From Balanoglossus misakiensis (taxonomy: Eukaryota; Animalia; Hemichordata): a DNA stretch of 64,000 nt. A program made the translations under genes and the position numbers. Shown here in pieces: positions 13,250-47,947 of the stretch. The notes beneath the pieces were generated by a model that worked only from the letters and a program-made list of their open reading frames with translations, was not told the DNA's origin and ran no database searches. The stretch is from assembly GCA_040954595.2 (NCBI GenBank), contig CM082580.2, forward strand, positions 5,570,783-5,634,782, read 5' to 3'. Every line of letters starts with the position of its first letter. Position 1 is the stretch's first letter.

Positions 13250-16200
13250 TCCTGTCAGGTGTCACAGCGGGCATCTGAAAGCAACGTAATGGCGTTCGCG
13301 TCTCGAAGCCCCGAAAGCGAAGTCTTGTCGTTGACAGCGAATCTCAAATGTCTGAGTCACGTATACCGGAGGCTTGTTTGTGGACGCTCCCCCCGCTTCT
13401 CAGCAAGAGCGGTGATGTGATGAGCTTGTGTATGCTTGGTTTGATGCGGAGGAGATTACGATGTGGGCGTTCCGCAGCCGTGCTTGTAAAGTTGCCTCCA
13501 GATTCCATATAACTAGACTACACACCTGAAGTACACGGTTGACTGGTTCTGCCCTGTGCCCACGGTATAACACCATTGAAATGCCACCGCTCACTCGCGC
13601 CTTGTTTAGATATGCGCATATCAGCGAAAAAATACCAAGCTTCGAGCACCTTCCGTCGGATATGTACGAGATGCAATAATATCGAGTGATGGATCTCGCG
13701 CCGACGAGACTACTGCCTGCGAGTGCTCGCGCTGAAACATCAAATCATCAACCGCCAAATCAGAATGAGAGAGATGAAAAAACATACCGGCTCAAAGGGC
13801 GCGGGAAAACTATGACGCAACTTTTGAGTGACCACTTTATTGGATCTCGGCAACGCGCCGCCATGGTGGCGGTGTTGGTAAATATTGCAGGTGCGTCAGT
13901 CTCGAAGTGCTCTCACAGACAACTGACGACCGTAGAGGATTGCCACTTCTCGCACTTGCCCACCCAAAGCGTCTTGATTTATCGCCAAATATCGCGTGTG
14001 CCCCACCGGTGTCTGAATGAATAAATCTTCCCTCCCTTAGAAAAGACGGAACGAACAGCTTTGCCCACTCTAAGTGCTAGTGCGGCACTTTGGGAATTTC
14101 TTCGGATTTGTAAACGCTCTGTAAAGATGTTTTACACCGACGTCGAGTGAGGTGTTTTGACGGAGTCACACGCATGGGTAATTTGAGTTGAGTTAAAAGT
14201 AAACAGAAATGTCAATACGCATATGTACTTTGGCATTATAACTTTATTACATTACGTGTATTAATTTCAGTTGCCCCCGATATGCGTCGCCCTGTACCGT
14301 GTACGTGGACTCGGTAACTGATCCGACAAAATGCAACCCTGTTTAGGGGATGTGCATAGGGTGACTCCCACGAGAACTGCACTAGGCCAATGAAAGACAG
14401 TTTTACAAATACATGAATGCGACACGATTTCAAAGGATGTAATTGGTTTTGTAAAATAATATTTCACTGGCTTGCACGCAGCGCGTCCTGGTTATCATCG
14501 TGTCTGAGTAAAAAAAGTGGCAGTGACCCGGCAGCGTGACCTATTTCGGCGACACTTCTTTTTGGATGAGTAGTTTGAACTGAAGTAATGGGGCGCGCTG
14601 AAGCGTCACGTGTCATCTGTGGATATATTTGAACTGTCGCCGATCCATTGGACACGGTTGCGGTTACGAGAGCGCGGGCCGTGCTCGCATCAGCGAGAAG
14701 CCCGCGAAGTGATGGATTTAGAAAGTTAATATCGGTTCAAGGCCGCGCCCTGACGTCTGATTTTCAGGGATTTACAGCCTAATCTGTGCAATGCACCAGC
14801 TTTCAATTATGTTGCTGTTGCCTCGGGATTTTTTTCTCTCTCCAAAACCCATCAAATGAGTGAAATCAAATTCTTCCATATTAATTTCCCCCTTTCTGCT
14901 GCCCGCGGAAGTGGAATTGCACATTTAATTTGAGCTGGAGTGACCATCGGCCAGTGATTTTTTTAAAATATTCCAATATCTGACATAGGCGAACTATTCT
15001 GAGAGAGTCAGCGCAGGTTTAGGTCTGAAAGCGTTTTCTTTCTAACTTTGCGATATTACCCGAATGTTTCATGACGGTATCCATATTTTTCCGGAAGAGG
15101 GGGGGGGCAGAACATCTTAACCTATTTTACCCAATTATTATAATTCACTGTCCAAAATTCATTGTGAATCATAATGTTAGTTTATTGTAGTCCAAAATTG
15201 TTGGTCAAGTCGAATAGCACAAAAAGGCGGGAAAACAAGTTGTCGGTAATTACTTCACAGTAAAAGTCGCGACTCACTGCATGGAAATAATTTCTTAATA
15301 TCAATATCACTGAAACGTCAATTTGGTTAGTCCATTTTTCAATGAAATGGCATTTTATTGACTGTTTCTTCCCAATAACGTGATATTTTCATGGCATGCG
15401 TCTATTTGCACCGTGTTCGCTCGATTGCCTGGAGATTTGAATGATGTTATTTAGAGTTTATTGAAGCCTGCTAATACGTCTTGCCCCGTGGTTGATTTGG
15501 TCAGTGGACGCTAGTAATACGATTTCCTTTTAATATTGAATTTCTGATCGACCGACGTGACGCCACTGCGGCTGCTCAGTCGTGTAGCCGTGGGAACATC
15601 AACCAGAACCCTGTTATCATATTTTCGCGTCGCAAACATCATGTGCAATAAAAAAAACGCATACCAACGTGAAGGCGCGATGCGTAAACACAATATTTTC
15701 GAAGGTAAATAAGCTGTAACGGGAGAAGGCGATGACGACGCGGCACTGCCAAGTTAGGCGTGACGTGCACCTGAGAAGGAGGTGAAGGGTCAACGTTTAA
15801 AGATCCGTGTAAAATTTCCTTAGTGATGCTTCATTTGCCATCTCGCGCGGCCATTTTAACTAATCGGCCTTCATGCCTTCTTCTTTTCAATAATCCAACA
15901 GCCTATAGTGCAGAACGTGAACTATAAAATCTGAAAATGAGTGCAGATCTCTTGCGAAAGTTGTTGTTGATCATCGGACCGATATAATTTAAGCACTTGG
16001 CGGTGTCATCGGGGTTCTTTCTCGGTCAGGGGGCATCGTATATGAAATATCTGACCGGTTGAGTGACACTTTCCGTGTACAATACAGGCAATGTAATACA
16101 CGACAACACAATAAAACGCGAATCAATCTTTCATGTGATATCTGCAAACACAGCACGTTTTGATGTCAAGCTAAACTGTTAATCTTTACAAAGGCGCGCT

Positions 16201-16541
16201 GTCACACATCATGTTCTTCGAATTCTCATTTTAAATTTATGAAATAGACGCGCCAATAACCGTGGGGAATTGTTTGGGTACGAAAATGTGATCTTGATTG
16301 ACTGACGGGAGATATTGTTCGTTTTCATTCTTGTTTAAATTACGATGGGATTTCTTAGACCCCTTCTGTGGAAACGACGTTGAAAAGAAGAATAAGCATT
16401 CGAAAGAAAATTAATTCCTTTCGTCGTCTTCCCGTCGCGGCCGAAATACTTGTAGTCTGCTCTCTCGCAAAGTACGTACACGACGACGCACAGTTCACCA
16501 AGCTTGTGTACAAGAAACGGTTTTGCTAATAGAGTAAGACA

Positions 16542-16628
16542 AGACTGAAAAATTCAGTCGTGCGCGGTCGCTCCGGCGCGTATTTAGTGCGCCGGAGCGA
16601 CCCGGTACAAGACTAAATCTTTCAGTCT
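16542..16628. repeat. GC-rich inverted-repeat element bounded by AGACT...AGTCT
   Basis: agactgaaa...ggtcgctccggcgc-gtatttagt-gcgccggagcgacc...tttcagtct. Confidence 0.7.
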
Positions 16629-16789
16629 AGCCTATTAAAGAGTAGACATACACTGACATTTGTAGCCACGCCATGACATGCAAACTTCTCGGTGATGCTG
16701 AATTTTACAAGTGTCATAAGTTACTCCTATTATAATTACCTAACTGGCTCAAAACCATCATCGGGCCAACGACAAGATGTTGCAAGACA

Positions 16790-16940
16790 TGCTAGTCTGG
16801 TTCCCTGCTCGATTCCAACCGCTGGATGCGCTATGCTATCAAGATTTTGACGAAGATGGCGGCCAATACCCATGACCCTTTTTTTCCTTTTTAGCGTAGC
16901 GCAGCCAGCGGTGGGCATGGGACAGGGAACCAGACTAGCA
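16790..16940. mobile_element. Hairpin MITE with perfect 18-bp terminal inverted repeats
   Basis: TGCTAGTCTGGTTCCCTG ... CAGGGAACCAGACTAGCA, with further imperfect pairing (ccgctggatgcgctatgcta / tagcgtagcgcagccagcgg). Confidence 0.7.
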
Positions 16941-18509
16941 GTTCAGTGCACGGAGATCACGGTTGTGACATACTGTAGCTGTAGTCATGCGGAGGAGCCA
17001 TCCTGACCCATATCATGCACCAGTGCATCTGCTGGCCAAAATCCTGTCGCGAATATAGACTCGGGCAAAATCCAATGTTTCCAGGTGTATATACGTCATG
17101 TAACGCCAATGGTCAAATGTCAACCTTCTCAGCAGCAATCTCTCGAGTTTGTATCTTTTCAGCGCCTGTGCATCTATATGTGACCTTTCCTAGCACACAA
17201 GGCTTATCAGAGTTTTTTTGCGGCGAAACGACTAATTGACCAGATTCAATGTTCTGACATGAGGCTTTTTGCCGGTTTTCGACCAACTCCTATACTGAGG
17301 CCAACTGCGTCGACGGTAGCGACCGGGTTTTTATTGATAGTTTATGGTTTTGTTCAATATCTGAACAGCGACTGCTTATTTCTAAAGCCTTCAGTTTCCT
17401 GGTGCATGACACAGCTTTTGTGTTCTCCGAAGCAAACAGTGACTTTGTTAACGTTCTCCACATTGAATGCCGTTTCGCATCGGAGTTTTAACGGCAAATA
17501 CGACAATTCCAGCCAATAATTGGACCGTAAAGTTTTGCCTCAGGCTAAACGCATGCGCAATCGACGATTAGGGTGGGTATTGACCAGTGTATAGTGTATG
17601 GACGGTATTTCCCCCCGAGGCTAGCTGTCATATTTCAACTCATTCAACTCACACCCTCTTCATACAGGTGTAACACTTCATTTTCGGACACTATAAGAAA
17701 TTGTGTCTCAGCTGTATTCACATGCTATGCTTGTATACAGGGTGTGAACAGAGTTGTGACAAGTCTTTACCGAACATATTTCAGTGAGAAGAACGACATT
17801 AGCAGCCAATCAAAGCCATAAAAAAAAAACAAATAATGTCAAAAGTGAGTGACTCTTCCCCTTTAAGTGATTGAGTTTTTGTTATGAACATGAAAGAAGA
17901 ATGGTGTACATGGGTATTCTAGAGCAGTGATTGTAGGAAGGAACACCCATCAGCGACAGACAGCTGTCGGACGCACGCATAATGCATTTCTGTTATTTAC
18001 GGTCACAGGACATTCTGATATATTGAAATACACTTACAGTACAAATTAGAGAGCCAGACAATCGTTAATGTATCTTGTAAGAGCCGGGGGATAGCCAAAA
18101 TCGCGCATCAGCCATAAAACAGATTGAAGATGCCGACCTGGTTTCTGTGCTCTATATCTAGTGAGAGCCTTGTGCGTTAACTCCGATAACATTCTCACAC
18201 TCCCGCACACTGAACGTTATTTTGTATAGCCAATGACAAAGGTACTGAACCTGTGTGCCAGATACGAACAATGGCGTCAGTGAAAGGGTGGGGACATATG
18301 AAACTTTGTTGGTCAATAATGGCCACAGGTTGACATGGGTATCAATAGCAGACACTCACGGTCGATTGCACTCACCCCGGCGAGGGTATGCGGAAATTGG
18401 GCGTGGTGCAAATTTTAGGCAAACTCACACTTTTAATCGACGCCGCGTAGCATCGAGTGCTTTAAGCAGAGTATTTCGCTGTTGAACATCCAGCGGGGAA
18501 GGCACAAAT

Positions 18510-21500
18510 ATGGCGCCGTCCGTGGCCGTGAGATTGTTTTGCGGCATTGCTGCCGTGCTCATCATGGTACCTGATCCAGGTAAGTTACATTTCTGCGAAC
18601 TTTGACCCGCTCGTTACATAAAACCCTGTCTCTGCCGGCGACTTACGCGGTTTCGCCAGCTCGATGGAAACCGGGTAACTTCGAGAAATCGAAAAGTTCG
18701 AATGAAAATCACAATCACTTTACTCTGCGGTATAACATTTCAACATCATCGCTGTTGATCACAAATTGGTTTGGAAGATTGCGAATTAATAGGTTCCCCG
18801 TTATCAGTCAATTTTTTCGCCGTTAAGGGCTTAATTAAGGTTACGATTATGAGACAATTCAATTCCAAGTAACATCCGAATTAGTCACTATGTATTCTAA
18901 CCGCAATAAAATCCCATGCTCATGAAAAGAGAGACAAAAACCTTCGGTTTACGAACATGACGAAAGTAGGCCAGTTGGTAGCTGATCCAGTAATCGTATG
19001 AGCTATGGCATTATAGAAACTACGCACGCACTTCAACTTTCTCGGGCGATTTTCCTTTCAAGTGGCGGAGAAAGGGGTCATACAACCTGTTGATTCAGCA
19101 CTTAGCCGTCTTAATCCGCATGCAATCTTAGAAGACATTCCGGCCTCACTCTATTTTCACTCGTCGATCGCAGGCTGCTCATGACTACTGCCGTTTCACT
19201 CACCGTAACGTTTTAGCCACCATAGTATGTTGTCAGGGCTACGGAGTGGACTGTTTGCTTACGTGTTAGCGTAATTTGAGAGTCAGCTGTAATCACATAG
19301 ATCTGATGAACAGCAAGTAAGCACATGATTTCATTTGCCGGGCGATCGTGTTAACATGGACATATCGTTTTCACACCGCATCGTTCGTACGTCCAATTGG
19401 TGAAGCCAACACCGGATTTAGGGCCTGGAGTCGCTGGCAATCTATTTTACGGTTCTAGTGCACATCTATATATTCAATTAGGTAATCTCGGTTTGGGCAC
19501 TGAATTGCCTTCGGTTCAGAGTTAGAGAGCGCATATATTCCATAGAATATGCCGGCTCGAAGGTCAAATGACCTTCAGGTAAAAAAAATCCGAGGTGCAA
19601 TAAGGCGTTAGTCTGGAGTCGGCCATCCTTGCTCAGGGAGTTTCCTTTAGTATTTCCCCCAGACCCTCTTTTTGGAACGGCAGCGGATGAAACAGGGGAG
19701 TATGGGTAACCTAGACTCCTCGTTGTTCGCGTTTTCAATAACGTTAACACGGACAATGGTTTTCACATGGATAATCTGGCAGTGAAACAGTGAGCGATAT
19801 ATTGAAAGGGGGCATGCACCTTTATGCATATTCACTTGACTGCAGTAAAATCTCCTGTGCACTGACCAACCATCCCATGGTAACCTCGAGTAACGACGAA
19901 CGTCGTAAACAACGAGCCTCTTTACGGCAACTGCTGCACGCAATACCGGAGAGGGGAGTTGACATACATGCGTGGAAGCTAAGTATAAATCCACACGGGC
20001 AGCCAATACATAGTATCAAGTAATTTAAACTGCTGAGGACAGTCAGTTTTCCTCGAGTAAATATTAATCACTTATTAGTAATAGTAATAGTAATAGTAAT
20101 AAAACGTTAACCTATTCGGTACTTCAGGCCACAAGAGTAACTGGAGCGTTAAAATTCATATTTTGTGCTATTTTCTCATAACGCAGCTTAATATATTGTA
20201 TGTTGCTTTATGTTTTATAAGTGAGACTGATTTGGGTCCACGGGGCCGGGTAGGTATAGATACGTCTGTAGTGAGGGCGCTTCAGTGAAGAGCCCTTACA
20301 GCGAACCGTGGGCTGTGAAAGAGTCTAGATATGACTGGTGCTTTATTCTGTGATTTCAGTATTAACTGCAAACACGGCTACGGAGGAATCAACGACCAAA
20401 GGAATGATTACAACGGACGCGTGGACTTCTCTGGCCGCGGAGGAAACAGATGCCGTGTACTCAAGTGCAATTGTCACCACGAAAGAAACCACTACAGCGT
20501 CCTCCACGGCCATGAGTACAATGGAAGACCTGACTGTCGTGTCTGATGGTACTGTGACAGCAACAGAGGAACTGTCCACCCTGAGACCCAGTACTTCAAT
20601 GATTGCCACGGAAGAATCGTCTACTCTGTTGACTACTTCAGTGATTACCACAGAGAATCCAACTCTGCCTCCTAGTACAGTGGTTTCAACAGATGGTGTG
20701 ACAACTGTGCCACCTAGTACAGTGGTTTCAACAGAGGGGGTGACAACTGTGCCACCTAGTACAGTGGTTTCAACAGATGGTGTGACCACTGTGCCACCTA
20801 GTACAGTGGTTTCAACAGATGGAGTGACAACCCTGCCCCCTAGTACAGTGGTTTCAACAACGACTACTTTGTCCCCAAGCACGACGATCGAACAAGAAAC
20901 AGACACCACACCTGCTCCATCTAATACAATCATTACAACGGATGAACCAACCACTGCGGCGACTACGACAGTGACTACAACACGAGAACCAACAACACAA
21001 TCGTCAACTACTAGTATGCTACCCAGTACAATTAAAACAACAGAAGAACACTTAACTTCTCTGCAGTTGCAAACAAGCCAAGGATCTACGACTCTGGGTA
21101 CGCCTTCGTTTTCCTTAGTTGAACCTTAAAAACGATTTTCCAATGTTACTGATAGTTTTAAATGTTTTATAACCTTGCAAATTAATATCCTTGTGAAGTA
21201 ATATTTGTTCCGTGTTATGTCCAGCGACCAACAAAATAACTCAATGTTATGTTATTTAATGTCAATAATTTAGGCCTGTATAATTTTATCTAAACTCACA
21301 GACATTGATGGCTGTGCTGGAGATTCCTGTGATGGCGACACTGAATATTGTGTAAGTTTAGGAAATGGACCTTCGTGTCGCTGTAAGGCTGGTTTTAGAA
21401 GATCTGACGGAGGATGCATCCGTGAGTATTCGTCATTCTCTATTCAGACAAAAGCTATGCTTGCACACTTGGTCTATACATCGTTGTAAACTACCGCTTT

Positions 21501-24375
21501 TATGAGCTTATGCTTGTCCCGTTTCTATAGCACACAGATAATCCCGCCCTCTTTGAAAACGAAATATCGCTACTTGTTTTTACAGCAATCAAGACTTTCG
21601 TTGGAGTATTCACGGTCGCCACATGGAACGGCGATGAAGTTGATTATAGAGACACGTTCAGTAACCCCCAATCGGAGGATTACAAGTCTTTGGCACGGGT
21701 TTTCATCACATTGGTAAGTCCCCCCCCCTAAAGAAAACGTTACGCCTCAATGTATGTTCGTTCTGATCCGCTCACGCATGTATGACTTGAACCACTTGAG
21801 GGCACACTATCCAAAACGCACGCAACCGGACAAGACCAGTGTTTCAGAAGAAAACAATTGTATTCATCAATCTGCAATAGGAAAACGTTGTACTAATTTT
21901 ACCGAGTATTACTGTCATCATACGTGGTTGTGTGTGTACCAATGTGTATGGTCATTATTTTAGTCCACAATTATAACCCAAAACGTTCCAAACACGAAAA
22001 AGACTCATTTCAAAGAAAATATTCCTGCTGCGTAATCCTTATGAAAACGTTTTTGATTCTGCTGTAATAACCGCAAGATTTCGTTCACAGATTGACGCCA
22101 TGATGCGCCAGCTGTATCCACAGATGTACGTGGAATCCTTCATCCTCGGATTTCGACGCGGGAGCCTTATTTGTGACTATGTTTTCGCCTTTAAGAATGA
22201 CTCGCAAGTCACTGGCGCCAGTTTGACCCAGGATGTGCGCAATTATACGCGGGAGAGCTGGACGTCGCTCAACGTAACTATAACAACAACCTATTTTGAA
22301 GGTGGGTAATGATCCTTTCCGAGATTACCGAATTCGTCCATTTTCGCACGTTGCTCTAAAATCAAACTTGTATTCATTCCAGAATTCGAAGACACTGTTT
22401 GTGCGATCCCAGATGCCCATGATTGCTCCAGAGATGAAATGTGCGTTGATTTGCCTGATGGTACATTTGAATGTGAACCAGGTAGGTTACATTTATATTC
22501 AGAAGGTATGCTCAGGACGTTGTCAGAGAGGAAAACGTTAAATTTAATAATGTGAGCGACGTAAGAATGTTAAAATAATTTAAGTATGTTTACAGCTTGA
22601 TCGTGGTATTTACTTAAAGGTGAGACCATTTGGCAACATAAATAAGCCGTAAGAACTGAAAATATGCTATTGGAGGACGAAATTATGCAATGCAAGCCTC
22701 GGTCTATGGTTCTACTATTGTGAATGTTAAGAGCACGAGATGCCAAAAATAATACCAGCTAGAAACAACCGTGTAGAGACTGCAATGGTAAACTGTGCAC
22801 TAATCCCAAATTCATTTGTTAACAGGGCCTTGTAAGAGTAACCCATGCCAAAATGGTGGAACTTGTGTGACTTCAGGCAATGGTTTTATATGCAAGTAAG
22901 TATAATACATCGAACAATTTTAAGTATAGTTTCACGAGTTACGTATAGAAATTTTTCCTCAATTTATAATAATGTTAAAGAAGGGTAGTTTACCCATTTA
23001 GTTATTCCTATATAAACTTCATTTTGTGCTCTATTTTTTATTCCCAATTATTTCAGTTGTACCATCGAGTACATGGGTGATTATTGTGACGAAAGCCGAA
23101 TGCAAAAACTAACAGGTAAGGATCAAAACATGAAGAATTCTCGCTTGATGATAAAAAATATGTTGTTGTTTTTTCTTGTAAGAAAGCCACTACCTGACCA
23201 GTTGCCCTCCTTGATGGTAAATGAGGAAAAATAGAGAAACGAGAATTATTGCTCAGTCATTTGTGTTTCCCCGCAAAAAAGGATTATTCATTTTTGCAGG
23301 ACCTCGAATATTGGACCGTGTATAACCCTTGTCTTCAAAATTCTGACCAGTAGAGCTGTCACGTGATACTTTCAAACTATGCACCCTGATAGCATTTCTC
23401 CAAAGCACACTGTTAACTGCATATTAAATTCTGTATTTATATGTCAATGGAATTTTCCATGTGGAATGTCACTGTGATTTGATATTCTGTTCCAGGTTTA
23501 TCTACCACGGGGATTATTGGCCTAGCAGCTGGCCTCACCGCTGGCATCATAGTGATTGCCGTCGTCCTGTTTTTGTTGCTGTATAGAAGATTCTTGATAG
23601 ACAAGGCGCGTCATGCGAAATCTGCGGACCTTCCCTGGACATCGCCGTGGGCGGGTACGGGCGTGTACCGCGGAGCGTCAGAACAGGTGTACTGGGAGGA
23701 GGAGAGTTCCTATGATGACGATGATTATGATGATGATGCGGGTAGCACTGGTAGTTTGAACCGGCGTGCTCCGTTCGGCAGGGCAGAGCGGCTGCGCAGT
23801 GCGATGGTCATGGCGAGGGATTTCCAGGTAATGGACAGAGTGTGTCACAGAAATCGCCGAATTAACGTGATAATCAGTCAAGCAGCCAAGCAACTGATCG
23901 ACCAAATTATCTAAGTGAACGAATGAATATAGTGGGTGGAAGACTGACTGATTCACTCACCTAATACAATTCATTCATTCATTCATTCATTAGTTGGTGA
24001 ATGTGTGAATCAATCAATCACAATCCAATGTTAAATGGTGATACGATAAATGACAAAATGATCCAGCAAAAAAGTAGTATTTGTATTAGGCAAAGAAAAT
24101 CCATATGTCATTGGGCAACTGGTTTATGATGCTACATATAGCTGAACATTTATTTAAAAAGAGATTGATCCAAAATTACCTTGTTTAAAAGGTTTGTGGT
24201 GAATCATTCACGACATGTGTCCTATCTCATCTGTTGTCGTTAGGGATTCCTGTATCCACGCAGAAACCAGGGCATGGATATTTCAGAGACTGCCCTACAT
24301 GGTGAATTCATCCGGCCTTATGTTGCTGATGGCTCCGAAGTAGCTCATAGAGAGGTAAGAATCAACACAGCATAA
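18510..24375 (+). CDS. Membrane mucin-like protein: signal peptide, Thr/Ser-rich region, EGF, SEA, EGF-like, EGF, TM, cytoplasmic tail (MUC3/13/17-like or sea-urchin 63-kDa sperm flagellar protein-like architecture)
   Basis: Phase-compatible GT-AG exons: 18510-18579 (MAPSVAVRLFCGIAAVLIMV), 20360-21097 (PTS), 21302-21421 (EGF), 21586-21713 and 22091-22301 (SEA, GFRRGSLICDY), 22383-22481, 22826-22895, 23057-23115 (EGF), 23496-23827 (TM GIIGLAAGLTAGIIVIAVVLFLLLY), 24244-24354. True 3' end uncertain: strong donor at 24355, or read-through to TAA at 24375. Confidence 0.85.
20664..20860 (+). repeat. 42-bp coding tandem repeat (PPSTVVSTDGVTTV), about 4.5 copies, in the SEA-mucin gene
   Basis: Repeated cctagtacagtggtttcaacaga unit; repeats visible in ORF 20338..21129. 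Confidence 0.9.
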
Positions 24376-25646
24376 TTAAAAGATGTTTCTCTGTGTGTGA
24401 TTGTGTGTGTGTGCGGATGTGTGAATGTTTGTGTATTTGTGTGGGTGTGTGCGGTACAGAGCGATGTATTCTGTAGTACATGTAGTAGTATCTACGAGTT
24501 GAGAGAACAATGTTACTGCAGAAAGCTGTTGGTAATCCTCACTGTCCATGAGCACTTATTGATTGTTACCACATTTGGAATGATAATAAAATAATGCGGC
24601 CAAGCACATGTATATACATTTCACACACAGTTCTAAGCTGTATACTGCGATGTCCACAAGAGACTCGAGTTCAGAATTCTGTCTAGTAAGAACGCTCAGT
24701 TCAAATAACTTGTATCATCAACATCACCACACATATCTCTGTATCATAAGGATAGTAATCACATATTTATGGTGTAAATATATCTGTAGACACAGTCTGG
24801 AGCATACAATGGTGTTGGTAATGTTGACACAGAATACAAGATTCCCAGGGCTCGTGTTCAGCAACCGCCATACTAAAGACTATTACAGAGACATTTGCAT
24901 ACTGAACTGAATTATTTCAACAGAAAAATCTAAAACGTCTTTTGTGGTCATGTATTGTATATGTAGCAGATGTGGAATCATCTGAACATTTTGTGTTTCA
25001 TGCCGACTGATTTCACGATATACATTTGAAGTGCAGTACTCTTGAACCTTAATTAACAGTATTATCAATATACCGGTACATTATTATTTGAACAGTGTTA
25101 TATATTTTTCTGTAATGTTACATTTGTGCTGTGCTGCACCTGTTTAATACATTTCTGGTCAATATTACGACCCTGGTCGTCGGGACAATACTGCGAGGTA
25201 ACACGTGACTGTTCCTTGCGAACGGTAACAATGGCATTATAACAAACCACAGTACCGTTATTTATAGCATTATTTTGGTAAACTATTGTATTTTCTTGGT
25301 CGCCTGCCCACAATTATTATTGTTAATTTCATACTGCTTTGAGTTAATTAAATCAGATTATTTAATGCATAACCTGCGTGCTTTTCTGTCCTATTATAGT
25401 TTTGCTAACTTGAGGAAGTAACATAATCCATGTTAACTGACTGTATTTTAAATGTGGTCACATTTGATCGTTTATGGAACTTTTGGGTTCCATAAAGTGA
25501 CATCTTCTCACAAATTAATCTTGCACCTTTATACATTTACCGGTAGGTCTGCATTGGCATACTATAAATTCAAACAATAAAATATTGGCTTTGATACCAG
25601 TATTAATTAAAATAGGACTATCTTTTCTGATGTTGTATTCAATGTT

Positions 25647-46114
<20,468 letters not shown>

Positions 46115-47838
46115 GATGTTTGTTTTCTGTTTGCCAGTGACGTTCAGCCTGCAAATGCAGTCTGCAAACGATGGCAGACAGGCCTCGGTCTTGACATGGA
46201 AATATAAGTCTAGCTTTGAGGGTTTACAGTTGGGTGTGGTGTGTCTTCTTCTCGTCGTAAAAAAGGATCCATTGTTGTCGAGTGAAGCACCACAGATTGG
46301 CAAGTCACGACCCAGACTTCATTCATTCAAACTCTATTTCGCACTGACAAATGGTACAAAACAATAATGGTATATGGGGCACTGAAAATGCTCACGCACC
46401 GAGTTTAAAAGTTGAAAATAAACTGTCCATTACCCCAGTGTGAATTCTAACAAGAGCAAACGTGGTCAAAAGTATACACTGCGCAAGGTCACCAAAGGCA
46501 CATATTGTCAGTTATTGTGTGGTGTGCACCCCTTTTAAATAATTATGGACATAGTATGATCTATTATAAACGTACATTCGATCGGGGTGAGATGTATGGG
46601 GTTCATAAAGACTTAACAACAATTTAAACAAATGATATGTTAATATGATCTCTTGATAGTGCTGGTGTGAGTCTTTGACCACAAATGTTGCTTGGAGAGG
46701 TTTTAAACAGCGACATGTGATTGCTGCCCTCTGTAGGCGGTTATTAAAAAAATATCAGAAACCTTGCCATAGTTGCACAATAAACCGTAAAGGACGGGAT
46801 AGTTGTGGTCAACTGTGCATTGTCATCTTTAGCATAAAACGTAGTCCCAGGCCAAAAGTAATCCAGTATGTTACAACACTACATGTGACCAGACTCTTTG
46901 TTCTCTTGGGACATTATCTATGATAAGGCACTGGTACCAGTGCAATATCTGGATATTGCACTGCACCTGGCATAATAAGATTCACTACAACAAACAAGAT
47001 AGCTTTGACAGGAGGTACTTTAATTCATGCACAAAATTCAAAGCAAATTAGTTGTTATCCATTTTGGTGGATATGCTGCTTCCAGGTGCACACGCTTGGT
47101 TCGTCCATCTTCATACGGATTTTTTTCGACGTATGAGTAGTGTTTGATACAAGCAATAATTCTTGCGTTGAAAGTACTTCTCACCGTATAAAAACAAGTG
47201 GGCCATCCCCCATTAATTCAAGACTCCACAATTAAAGTCAGAAGGGCGTGGGTACTATAAAGACAGGCGCATGTTTTATTTCTTTGTCGTGATCTCTGCG
47301 CTATAAGGTTCTTGCAGTCAAGGATATGAGAGTAAATGGTACGTTGATCCGTTTAAATATTCATTCTGACAGCGAGGTTGAAAAAATAGCATATGACCGG
47401 ATTCCAAAAAATACAGAGAGCTGCTACTTACAGAAGAGGATGTGTGCAGTGGGGGCTGCATTTTCGCCAAGTCACTTTCCGTGACCGTTGGGTTATGTAC
47501 GCTATCTTCGACGAGGCTATCAAAATCTTGGAAAATCCAGTCCATGTCGCCACCGTCATCACCTTCGCTTTCGCTTGGGTGTCGGAACGTGCTCTGGGTA
47601 ATGAAAAGCTCGTGCTCGTCGCTACTTTCGGCCATGGTGTTTGTCTGTCGAAGGTTGAGTTCCGAATGATGATGGAAACGTGGCTCAATGACCACGTGAC
47701 AAATTCCCTGGCTGACAAGTATCCAATCGAAATGAGTCATACGCCAGGTGTATTTTGCGACGCTTGTGATTGGTTGATGTGATTGAGAAGTTGTTTAGCA
47801 TATATCAAGATCACAGATGTTGCGACGTGTTGTAAGCC

Positions 47839-47947
47839 GGATAATGTAATCGTGTCGTGCAATCGTTCAGATATTGAACGACACTCGGGCCTGCGACCCT
47901 CGTGTCGTTCAATATCTGAACGATTGCACTCCACTCGTACATTATCC
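47839..47947. repeat. Long palindrome/hairpin 1 (28-bp perfect arms)
   Basis: GTGCAATCGTTCAGATATTGAACGACAC-tcgggcctgcgaccctc-GTGTCGTTCAATATCTGAACGATTGCAC, with outer ggataatgta/tacattatcc arms. Confidence 0.92.

Noticed and set aside
20343-20954. 203-aa minus-strand Val-rich ORF
   Set aside because: Antisense shadow of the Thr-rich exon of the SEA-mucin gene.
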